From the IMG/VR virus record IMGVR_UViG_2695420382_000014: a stretch of 12,632 bases of DNA; one strand, given 5' to 3'. Of this stretch, positions 5,716 to 12,632 are shown one piece after another. Both the position numbers and the translations under genes were made by a program. This DNA is from a virus. Taxonomy: Duplodnaviria; Heunggongvirae; Uroviricota; Caudoviricetes. Under the pieces are notes generated by a model. It was not told the origin of the DNA and did no database searches. It saw only the letters and a program-made list of their open reading frames with translations. Every line of letters starts with the position of its first letter. Within the stretch, counting starts at the first letter, position 1.

Positions 5716-6780
5716 ATGGCTAACGCCTGGCTCAGATTATGGCATGACATGCCAAATGACCCTAAGTGGCGAACAATTGCCAGGGTGTCAGGGCAGCCAA
5801 TTGCAACAGTGATGGCAGTGTATATCCACCTCCTGGTGAGCGCGTCACGAAATGTCACGCGAGGTCACATTGATGTCACGACAGAAGATTTGGCAAGTGC
5901 GCTCGACGTGACAGAAGAGGTAATTGATTCAATTTTGCAGACGATGCAGGGGCGGGTACTTGATGGTGATTTAATCACTGGATGGGAAAAACGCCAGGTG
6001 CTTAAAGAGGACAACGGCAATATTTCGCAAACCGCAAAATCTCCTGCAGAGCGCAAGAGGGCGCAGCGAGAGAGGGAAAGAAAGCGGGAACAAAATGGCG
6101 ATTGTCACGGCGCGTCACGAAATGTCACGCACATGTCACGACGAGTCACGACAGATACAGATAAAGATACAGATAAAGAAGATCAAAACACTATGGTCCA
6201 TGGCGTAAAAAACGCCACGAACCAGGCAGGGGATGTTCAGACCGTCAATCCTGGTCAGCCAGCAGGCTCGACACCGGAAGCCGATTCAGCGTATGCGCTG
6301 AAAGCCGATTCGGGCGCTGTGCAGCAGGTGATGACCGCAAGGCCGGAGCAATCACTCCAACTGCAGCAGCCTGAAGCCGATTCCGCCATTCAGCGGGAAG
6401 CCGATCGGGTAGCCCCGGAAAACACCGGGCAGCCTGTGGGACGAGTGGATTATCCGGATGTGTTCGAACAGGTCTGGCGGGAATACCCGTTGCGTGCCGG
6501 GGCAAACCCGAAGAAATCCGCATTCAGTGCCTGGAAGGCCAGATTGCGCGAGGGGGTGCCACCAGAGACCATGCTGGATGGTGTGAGGCGTTACGCGAGA
6601 TACCTGGCGGCGACCGGGAAAGCGGGAACGGAATTTGTTCAGCGAGCGACGACGTTTTTTGGGCCGGACCGGAATTTTGAAAACCCCTGGTTGCTCCCGG
6701 TAAGCGGCACGAACAACCAGCGTTGTGTGAATCATATTTCTGAACCGGATACCGAAATTCCGCCGGGATTCAGGGGGTGA
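5716..6780 (+). CDS. Phage replication initiation protein (354 aa) with DnaT-like C-terminus and internal iterons
   Basis: ATG 5716 with GAGGTG Shine-Dalgarno (track start 5710 is GTG). C-terminal NHISEPDTEIPPGFRG resembles the E. coli DnaT C-terminus as recalled. Two internal GTCACG repeat clusters; followed by a DnaC-like gene. Confidence 0.75.
   Translation: MANAWLRLWHDMPNDPKWRTIARVSGQPIATVMAVYIHLLVSASRNVTRGHIDVTTEDLASALDVTEEVIDSILQTMQGRVLDGDLITGWEKRQVLKEDNGNISQTAKSPAERKRAQRERERKREQNGDCHGASRNVTHMSRRVTTDTDKDTDKEDQNTMVHGVKNATNQAGDVQTVNPGQPAGSTPEADSAYALKADSGAVQQVMTARPEQSLQLQQPEADSAIQREADRVAPENTGQPVGRVDYPDVFEQVWREYPLRAGANPKKSAFSAWKARLREGVPPETMLDGVRRYARYLAATGKAGTEFVQRATTFFGPDRNFENPWLLPVSGTNNQRCVNHISEPDTEIPPGFRG
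5841..5880. repeat. Iteron-like cluster 1: four GTCAC(G/A) direct repeats at 10-11 bp spacing
   Basis: GTCACG at 5844, 5854, 5875 and GTCACA at 5864; inverted copy CGTGAC at 5907-5912. The 20-mer CGCGTCACGAAATGTCACGC at 5841-5860 is identical to 6111-6130. Confidence 0.55.
6104..6150. repeat. Iteron-like cluster 2: five GTCACG direct repeats at 10-11 bp spacing
   Basis: GTCACG at 6104, 6114, 6124, 6135 and 6145, followed by A-rich tandem GATACAGATAAA x2 (6151-6180). Confidence 0.55.
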
Positions 6781-6786
6781 TGTGGC

Positions 6787-7533
6787 ATGAAAAACATTGC
6801 GGCAGCCGGGGTTCTTGAACGTATTCACAGACTTGCACCACAGGGGGCGGTTCCACCGTACCGGACGGTGGAGGAGTGGCGGGAATGGCAACTTGCTGAA
6901 GGACGAAAACGCAGCGAGGAGATTAACCGCCAGAATCGCCAGTTGCGGGTGGAAAAAATCCTGAATCGTTCGGGCATCCAGCCTCTGCACAGCAAATGCT
7001 CGTTTGCGAATTATCAGGTGCAGAACGACGGGCAAAAATACGCGCTGAGCCAGGCCAAATCCATAGCTGACGAACTGATGACCGGGTGCACGAATTTTGT
7101 GTTCAGCGGTAAAACCGGCACCGGGAAAAATCACCTTGCAGCGGCGATGGGTAACTGGCTGATGGCGAAGGGGCGCAGCGTGATTATCGTCACCGTGTCT
7201 GATGTCATGAGCGTGTTGCATGACAGCTACGACAACGGCAAATCCGGTGAAAAATTTTTACAGGAGCTTTGCGGGGTTGATTTGCTGGTCCTGGATGAAA
7301 TAGGCATTCAGCGGGAGACGAAAAACGAGCAGGTGGTATTGCACCAGATAATTGATCGCCGGACAGCATCACTGTGCAGTGTCGGGATGTTAACAAACCT
7401 GAATCATGCCGCAATGAGCACGCTTCTTGGTGAGAGGATTATGGACCGCATGACCATGAACGGTTGTCGGTGGGTGACGTTTAACTGGGATAGCTGGCGT
7501 TCAAATGTCAGCTTTCCGGGAGTTGTGAAGTAA
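6787..7533 (+). CDS. DnaC-like replicative helicase loader (AAA+), 248 aa
   Basis: Strong resemblance to E. coli DnaC: Walker A FSGKTGTGKNHLAAA, Walker B LLVLDEIG, C-terminal WVTFNWDSWRS. Starts 7 nt after the initiator stop. Confidence 0.9.
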   Translation: MKNIAAAGVLERIHRLAPQGAVPPYRTVEEWREWQLAEGRKRSEEINRQNRQLRVEKILNRSGIQPLHSKCSFANYQVQNDGQKYALSQAKSIADELMTGCTNFVFSGKTGTGKNHLAAAMGNWLMAKGRSVIIVTVSDVMSVLHDSYDNGKSGEKFLQELCGVDLLVLDEIGIQRETKNEQVVLHQIIDRRTASLCSVGMLTNLNHAAMSTLLGERIMDRMTMNGCRWVTFNWDSWRSNVSFPGVVK

Positions 7534-7554
7534 TTTTTGTTGGAGGATGTTTTA

Positions 7555-8280
7555 ATGGAAACTGTATTTGACGCACTGAAAGCACTGAAAAGAGCCTCTT
7601 CACATGTGGTGGCGTCCCGCCTTGGAATCAGCCGTGAAGATGCGGTCAACGAACTGTGGAAACTGAAGCGCCGTGGTGAAGCGGATAACAAGGGTTCGAT
7701 GTGGTGGCTGATTCAGGCTGGTGAAAGTGAACCAGTGTCACCGGTACCGAAAGTGACAGCGCAAATGCTGACTGAGGCGATTGAACAACATGGCCCACAA
7801 ACGGCGGATGAGCTGGCACTGATGTTCGGGATTACCTCCCGCCGGGCGAATTCATCGCTGGCCATGGCAATCAGCAAAGGGCGTCTGATTCGCGTGAATC
7901 AGGGCGGTAAATTTCGGTACTGCATACCGGGCGCTGATTTACCGGCAGAGCCGAAAGCCGCATCCATAGCGGAAACGGATGGTAAAGTCTTTCCTCAGCC
8001 AGCAGGTGTTGCGTTACCGGTACAGGAAGCTGCAACACAGGAAGAAATTAAAACAGAAACTGTGGCGGACATTGTGCAGTCGTTGCCATCGTTCACCGAA
8101 ACGCAAGCGGATGACCTGGTTTTACCATCGCTGCATATGGCAAACCGCGAACTGCGTCGGGCGAAAAGTCATGTCCAGAAGTGGGAGCGTGTCTGCGCCG
8201 CGTTGCGGGAGCTGAACAAGCACCGGGATATTGTTCGACAGATTGTCGATTCCTCCGGTCGTATTGTGTCGGAAAAGTGA
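7555..8280 (+). CDS. Hypothetical phage protein (241 aa) with two winged-helix-like segments and a coiled-coil-like C-terminus
   Basis: ATG 7555 with GGAGG Shine-Dalgarno 8 nt upstream (track start 7537 is TTG); two internally similar helix-turn-helix-like segments. Confidence 0.6.
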   Translation: METVFDALKALKRASSHVVASRLGISREDAVNELWKLKRRGEADNKGSMWWLIQAGESEPVSPVPKVTAQMLTEAIEQHGPQTADELALMFGITSRRANSSLAMAISKGRLIRVNQGGKFRYCIPGADLPAEPKAASIAETDGKVFPQPAGVALPVQEAATQEEIKTETVADIVQSLPSFTETQADDLVLPSLHMANRELRRAKSHVQKWERVCAALRELNKHRDIVRQIVDSSGRIVSEK

Positions 8281-8295
8281 TTGCCGGGGGCGCTT

Positions 8296-8718
8296 ATGGC
8301 AAAAGTATTTACACAGGAAGAGCGGGAAAAAATTAAGGGGCAGGTTGTTGAACTCGTACGCCAGAGTGGGCGCGAGACGTTACGACAACTGGAAGCTAAA
8401 ACCGGGGCGACAAGATATTTAATAAGCGTTCTCGCCAGAGAGCTGGTTGCCAGTGGGGATGTATACAACTCTGGCTACGGGTTATTCCCGTCTGAACAGG
8501 CTCGTAAGGACTGGCAAAACGCCCGCAAAAAACTCTCAAGGGCAAATCTGAAGAAACCATCTGTGGTTGATCCTGACCTTATCTGGTCATTACCAGACGG
8601 AGAAATACGCCGCTACGACAGGCGTCAAAACATAATCTGTAGCGAGTGCCGGAAGAGTGAAGTTATGCAGCGTGTACCGGCTTTCTATCAGGGTGATTTT
8701 CAGGAGGCGGTACTGTGA
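8296..8718 (+). CDS. Hypothetical protein (140 aa): winged-helix-like N-terminus plus CxxC-containing tail
   Basis: ATG 8296 after a GGGGG run; the last 41 codons (8596-8718) form the first copy of a 192-bp tandem duplication. Confidence 0.55.
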   Translation: MAKVFTQEEREKIKGQVVELVRQSGRETLRQLEAKTGATRYLISVLARELVASGDVYNSGYGLFPSEQARKDWQNARKKLSRANLKKPSVVDPDLIWSLPDGEIRRYDRRQNIICSECRKSEVMQRVPAFYQGDFQEAVL

Positions 8719-8978
8719 GTGAAATTAGCTATCAGGCTTCAATTACCGCTGGCATTCGCATCAAAGGAGAGGAGCATGGAAATAAAAGACGGAGAAATAC
8801 GCCGCTACGACAGGCGCCTGAATATAATCTGTCGCGAGTGCCGGAAGAGCGAAGCTATGCAGCGTGTACTGGCTTTCTATCAGGGTAATTTTCAGGAGGC
8901 GATACTGTGAATGAAATTAGCTATCAGGCTTCAATTACCGCTGGCATTCGCATCAAAGGAGAGGAGCATGGAAATAAA
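8595..8978. repeat. Tandem duplication, 2 x 192 bp
   Basis: Unit 1 8595-8786 versus unit 2 8787-8978. The 123-bp coding-tail part is about 92% identical; the roughly 69-bp part carrying AAGGAGAGGAGC-ATG is near-identical (one mismatch). Confidence 0.85.
8776..8910 (+). CDS. Small CxxC protein (44 aa) created by the tandem duplication
   Basis: Strong Shine-Dalgarno AAGGAGAGGAG then ATG 8776; product MEIKDGEIRRYDRRLNIICRECRKSEAMQRVLAFYQGNFQEAIL is a diverged copy of the upstream protein's tail. Confidence 0.4.
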   Translation: MEIKDGEIRRYDRRLNIICRECRKSEAMQRVLAFYQGNFQEAIL

Positions 8979-9324
8979 ACCAGAAGATGAGTTAAGCAAT
9001 ATCGTTTTATTTCCGGTAAAAGAGGATGACCCTCGTAATCAGGTTAATTTTCTTTATGAGCCATCGGAAAGACCATATTGCCATCACGCCTCTGTACGGG
9101 TTGACGAAAAAGAGCGTCAGGTCCGCTGTAAAATTTGCGGTGCAGTTGTGGAGCCATTTGACTGGATGCTCTCTGTGGCGAAAAGAGAAACCAGACTGGC
9201 AGATGATGTAAGGCTCTTGCGCCAGGAGGAGCGGGAAAGGCGAAAAAATATAGAAAAGCTAATCCAGATTGAGCGTAATGCGAAAGCGCGGATACGCAGG
9301 GTGACAAAATATAGCCCCGAATAA
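8968..9324 (+). CDS. Hypothetical protein (118 aa) with zinc-ribbon-like motif and basic C-terminus
   Basis: Same SD/ATG module as the 44-aa gene (second repeat copy); contains C-H-H ... CKICG; C-terminus rich in R/E/K. Confidence 0.55.
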   Translation: MEIKPEDELSNIVLFPVKEDDPRNQVNFLYEPSERPYCHHASVRVDEKERQVRCKICGAVVEPFDWMLSVAKRETRLADDVRLLRQEERERRKNIEKLIQIERNAKARIRRVTKYSPE

Positions 9325-9538
9325 TCAAGGTTATTTCTGGAAGTCAAGTCGTGAGTGATGAGGACTAACAAATACGGTGAACTCGATAAAGAGATTCAGG
9401 ACGAACTGGAGGCCAGGAATGATTGACAAATCACCAAGTGAGTTCAGCTACAAAGATTTATTGTCATAACGGGTTATGAGATCGACTTGGTGCGTGATAT
9501 TCTTCGGGCCAGTTTGCTATGCGCCACCATGAGATGTT

Positions 9539-11371
9539 ATGGCCCGCATGTTTGATACATTAGGATTTTACATTATGAATGTGCAACATTTTGATTTTTT
9601 TACAGATAATGAGTTTTCTAATCTGGAAAGATATCAAACTTGTAAAGCCATGGCCAAAGGTTATGCGGGCAATTACAAAACCGGGCAGTCAAGGTTGATG
9701 CATGCCCGCTCATACTGCTTCAGCATCGTAGCTGCATATTGGGATACCCTTGCAAAAAAGCAAAAAAGCAGCATTAAAATGAGGGCAGTACCGCACACTG
9801 TTTACATAGAAGACATTCCATGTGATGCACGCGAGCTCGCTGAACGAACAGGTGAGCTTATTGCTCAATTTCCGGCGGAGGACGCTGGATATCTGATTGG
9901 GTCAATTTATACGGTAATGCTGCCATCCGCTTACCGTTCGGAATTGGGGGCTTACTATACCCCCCCACCTTTGGTAGCGCGTCTCTTGGACCTGGCTGAA
10001 AAGTCTGGTGTTGATTTTTCTCATGCATCGGTTATTGATCCTGCGTGTGGTGGCGGTGCATTTTTGGCACCAGTAGCCATTCGAATGTTAAAAAAAGACA
10101 AGGGGTCTTCCCCTGAATGGATGTTGAGGAGAATCAGTCGTCGTTTAAAGGGGATAGAAATCGATCCATTTGCGGCTTGGATGAGTTTGGTATTGCTCGA
10201 ATCTGTACTAATGCCACTATGTGTAAAGGTAAAACGTAGATTGCCTGAAGATACAATTATTGTTGCTGATGCGCTTCAGCAAGATAAATTTTCTGGTTAT
10301 GATCTTGTGGTAGGGAATCCGCCTTACGGACGTGTCACTCTCGATATTAAAACGAGAGAAAAATATTCTCGTTCGTTATTTGGTCATGCAAATCTATATG
10401 GATTGTTCACCGACTTAGCTGTTCGCATGGTTAAAGAGAAAACAGGAGTTATTGCATTTCTTACGCCAACTTCTTTTCTTGGTGGGCAGTATTTCACCGC
10501 GCTGCGAACCCTTTTGACCGAAAAAACTACTCCGTATGCCCTTGATTTCGTCACTGACAGGGATGGGGTCTTTGACGATGTTCTCCAGGAAACAATGTTG
10601 ACAGCATTCAAGGCGGGAGAACATAAAGTTCGGGCCCAGGTATCCTCACTTGTCCCTAAGGGGTTGAACAAAGCAAAAATTGAGAAAATAGGTAATGTTG
10701 ATATAGAAAAAGGTGGAGCAACGTGGCTTTTGCCACGCGTTAAAGATGATGCCTGTTTTCTTAATGTATTAAAACAGATGTCTACGCGTTTAGCTGATCT
10801 GGGATACTCAGTCTCTACAGGTCAGTTAGTCTGGAATCGATTTAAGTCGCAGTTGCGTACGACGAAAGGAAAAAATAGCTACCCATTAGTCTGGGCGGAA
10901 TCAATAACTTCAGCTGGTTTTCGTTTTAGTGCAGACAGAAAAAATCATGTTCCCTATATCGATATAACCCCACAACAGGGTTTCCTTGTGACAAAATCTG
11001 AATGTGTGCTTGTTCAGCGGACAACATCGAAGGAACAGGACAGAAGGATTTTAGCGGCAATTTTACCTCAGGGATTTATAGATGAAACTGGTGGCGTAGT
11101 AGTTGAAAACCATATTAATATTGTATATTCAAACGGATTGTTCTCTGCGGTTCGCCCTGATGTTATTGATATGCTACTTAATTCGCATGTTGTCGATCGG
11201 GCGTTCAGGTGTATAAGCGGAAGTGTTGCTGTTTCGGCCTATGAATTGAATTCAATCCCGTTGCCTTCTCTGGAGCAGGTGATGGAGATTCAATCGTTAA
11301 TTGATGCTGGCGTCCACAGACGGATTATTGAGAGAACTATCGCTGGTTTCTATGGAGTGATGATTGCATGA
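9539..11371 (+). CDS. Gamma-class N6-adenine DNA methyltransferase (Eco57I/TaqI-like MTase domain), 610 aa
   Basis: Motif order X (GAYYTPPPLV), I (VIDPACGGGAFL), IV (VGNPPYG), then a roughly 350-aa C-terminal target-recognition-like region. Start is uncertain: ATG 9539, or ATG 9575 which has TAGGAT 8 nt upstream. Confidence 0.85.
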   Translation: MARMFDTLGFYIMNVQHFDFFTDNEFSNLERYQTCKAMAKGYAGNYKTGQSRLMHARSYCFSIVAAYWDTLAKKQKSSIKMRAVPHTVYIEDIPCDARELAERTGELIAQFPAEDAGYLIGSIYTVMLPSAYRSELGAYYTPPPLVARLLDLAEKSGVDFSHASVIDPACGGGAFLAPVAIRMLKKDKGSSPEWMLRRISRRLKGIEIDPFAAWMSLVLLESVLMPLCVKVKRRLPEDTIIVADALQQDKFSGYDLVVGNPPYGRVTLDIKTREKYSRSLFGHANLYGLFTDLAVRMVKEKTGVIAFLTPTSFLGGQYFTALRTLLTEKTTPYALDFVTDRDGVFDDVLQETMLTAFKAGEHKVRAQVSSLVPKGLNKAKIEKIGNVDIEKGGATWLLPRVKDDACFLNVLKQMSTRLADLGYSVSTGQLVWNRFKSQLRTTKGKNSYPLVWAESITSAGFRFSADRKNHVPYIDITPQQGFLVTKSECVLVQRTTSKEQDRRILAAILPQGFIDETGGVVVENHINIVYSNGLFSAVRPDVIDMLLNSHVVDRAFRCISGSVAVSAYELNSIPLPSLEQVMEIQSLIDAGVHRRIIERTIAGFYGVMIA

Positions 11372-12450
11372 ATCTGCCTGTTGTTCCCCCATTGAATGTT
11401 ATCCGGGAAAGATTACAATTAATTTTCCCTGAAGGGACTGAGAATCGTGGATATTTAATTCGGGAAATAGCTGCAAAAACAATTTTTGTCATGTTTTATG
11501 CTGGTGCGGTTGAGGGGCTGGGGCGATGGATAAGGCCCAGCCAGGTTGTAAGTATGGGAGATTCGCAGGCTGCTCTTACTGATGATGCGTCCAGAGAAAG
11601 CTGGGTAAAGATGACTTTCTCTAAACAAAAGATAAGGCCTGCTGATGCATGGTATGCGGAAAATACGCGTGAGCCAATACGTGATGAAACTATAAAAAAT
11701 GGCCTAATACCTTGCAATGCAATTGTTGAGCGTAAAGGTATACCCACCACATCCTCTCGTCCTCGTTACAGTTTGAATCGCTCTTTTGCAGCACTCTTTG
11801 ATGCCGGGCTTGAAGGAGATTCGCTGCTGAGTGCAATAAGTTCCTGGCAAGAAAATCATTTGAACAAAGCCGCTCTTGCTAGGTTGCGTTTATTGAAATC
11901 AGGGGCAGTGATTGCTGCTGATGCCGTAGTCGTCACTTTCCCAAATGGAGAGAAGAGAACTTTAGCTCCGGGCCCGTCAAGTACAATAGCTAAGGCCGTC
12001 ATCGAAGTTTTTGCTCCTAATTTTCTTAAGAATCCAACTGTGCTCTGGTTGTCTGAATCCGGGAATAAAGTTGTTGCTCAGGATGATGTATTGGCAAAAG
12101 CATTGGGGCTGAATATTGATGCCTCAAAAGCACTTCCAGATATTATTTTGATTGATTTGGGAGAGGACCGAACGGGTTCGGACATGCTTGTAGTTTTCAC
12201 TGAAGTAGTTGCGACAGATGGGCCTATAAACAGGGAACGAAAAGTTACTCTCACTCATTTGGCTATTGACGCTGGGTTCAGCGAGAAAAATCTTGCATTC
12301 CTTACGGCATTTATGGACAGAAGTGCTCTGCCTTTTAAAAAGGCAATACCAGAATTGGCGTGGGGATCTTATGCATGGTTTGCTTCTGAACCGGAGCACT
12401 TAATTGATCTTCGGGATGGTTATCCGGTAAAGATCAGCCAGAGAAAATGA
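11368..12450 (+). CDS. Putative restriction endonuclease partner of the methyltransferase (possibly BsuBI/PstI-like), 360 aa
   Basis: Start overlaps the methyltransferase stop (ATGA); same AT-rich composition by eye. The nuclease assignment is inferred from context; no unambiguous PD-(D/E)xK or HNH motif was found by eye. Confidence 0.5.
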   Translation: MNLPVVPPLNVIRERLQLIFPEGTENRGYLIREIAAKTIFVMFYAGAVEGLGRWIRPSQVVSMGDSQAALTDDASRESWVKMTFSKQKIRPADAWYAENTREPIRDETIKNGLIPCNAIVERKGIPTTSSRPRYSLNRSFAALFDAGLEGDSLLSAISSWQENHLNKAALARLRLLKSGAVIAADAVVVTFPNGEKRTLAPGPSSTIAKAVIEVFAPNFLKNPTVLWLSESGNKVVAQDDVLAKALGLNIDASKALPDIILIDLGEDRTGSDMLVVFTEVVATDGPINRERKVTLTHLAIDAGFSEKNLAFLTAFMDRSALPFKKAIPELAWGSYAWFASEPEHLIDLRDGYPVKISQRK

Positions 12451-12632
12451 CCAAAGTTTGATATCCGCCACGCCCTGAAGGATGGGGGTTTTACGGTGCA
12501 CTGGATAAAAAATCGGTTTCATAGATTTGCCCACCGTGGTATACGCCTGCGATAAAAACTTTATTGTCATCAACGGCAAAAGCAATAATTGTTCTGTGGC
12601 GGGGTGATGCTGCCAACTTACTGATTTAGTGT

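Noticed and set aside
5841-6150. GTCACG repeat clusters as a possible CRISPR array
   Set aside because: Repeat unit is only 6 bp at 10-11 bp spacing, inside a coding region and in frame; consistent with iterons, not CRISPR.
6352-7221. 289-aa minus-strand ORF
   Set aside because: Antisense to the well-supported replication initiator and DnaC-like genes; no SD; R/P/H-rich composition typical of a shadow frame.
7404-8468. Minus-strand ORFs of 95 and 99 aa, and plus-strand 78- and 63-aa ORFs
   Set aside because: Nested in or antisense to the better-supported plus-strand genes; no start signals.
9358-9426. 22-codon micro-ORF (MRTNKYGELDKEIQDELEARND) upstream of the methyltransferase
   Set aside because: No convincing ribosome-binding site and too short to judge; could be a leader peptide, but unsupported.
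12400-12632. Minus-strand reading frame open from the right window edge to 12400 (61-aa track ORF)
   Set aside because: Overlaps the 3' end of the putative endonuclease gene by about 50 nt and cannot be evaluated without sequence beyond the window; possibly the 3' end of a convergent gene.

Overview
This window reads as the immunity and replication region of a Rac-like lambdoid prophage from an enterobacterium, with accessory cargo at three places. Minus-strand genes on the left: an unknown 353-aa protein, two small coupled ORFs and a Rha-family regulator, preceded by a promoter/terminator leader and a 22-bp inverted-repeat pair. Then come a convergent AT-rich small gene, two small early-left genes, and a PL-like promoter overlapped by two ATAGC-N3-GCTAT operators. 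A terminator and a ParE/RelE toxin plus small antitoxin follow, sitting directly downstream of an XRE-family repressor, and the same operator motif recurs twice in the repressor/cro intergenic region. Plus-strand genes on the right: Cro-like and YdaT-like proteins, a replication initiator carrying two internal GTCACG iteron clusters and a DnaT-like C-terminus, a DnaC-like helicase loader, and three hypothetical genes spanning a 192-bp tandem duplication. The window ends with an AT-rich, translationally coupled cassette of a gamma-class N6-adenine methyltransferase and a 360-aa putative restriction endonuclease. No rRNA, tRNA or CRISPR array was seen. The best candidates for something undescribed are the methyltransferase partner, the toxin-antitoxin insertion at the rexAB-equivalent position, the duplicated CxxC micro-gene and the unknown 353-aa protein. 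All family assignments are from motif recognition by eye; no searches were run.
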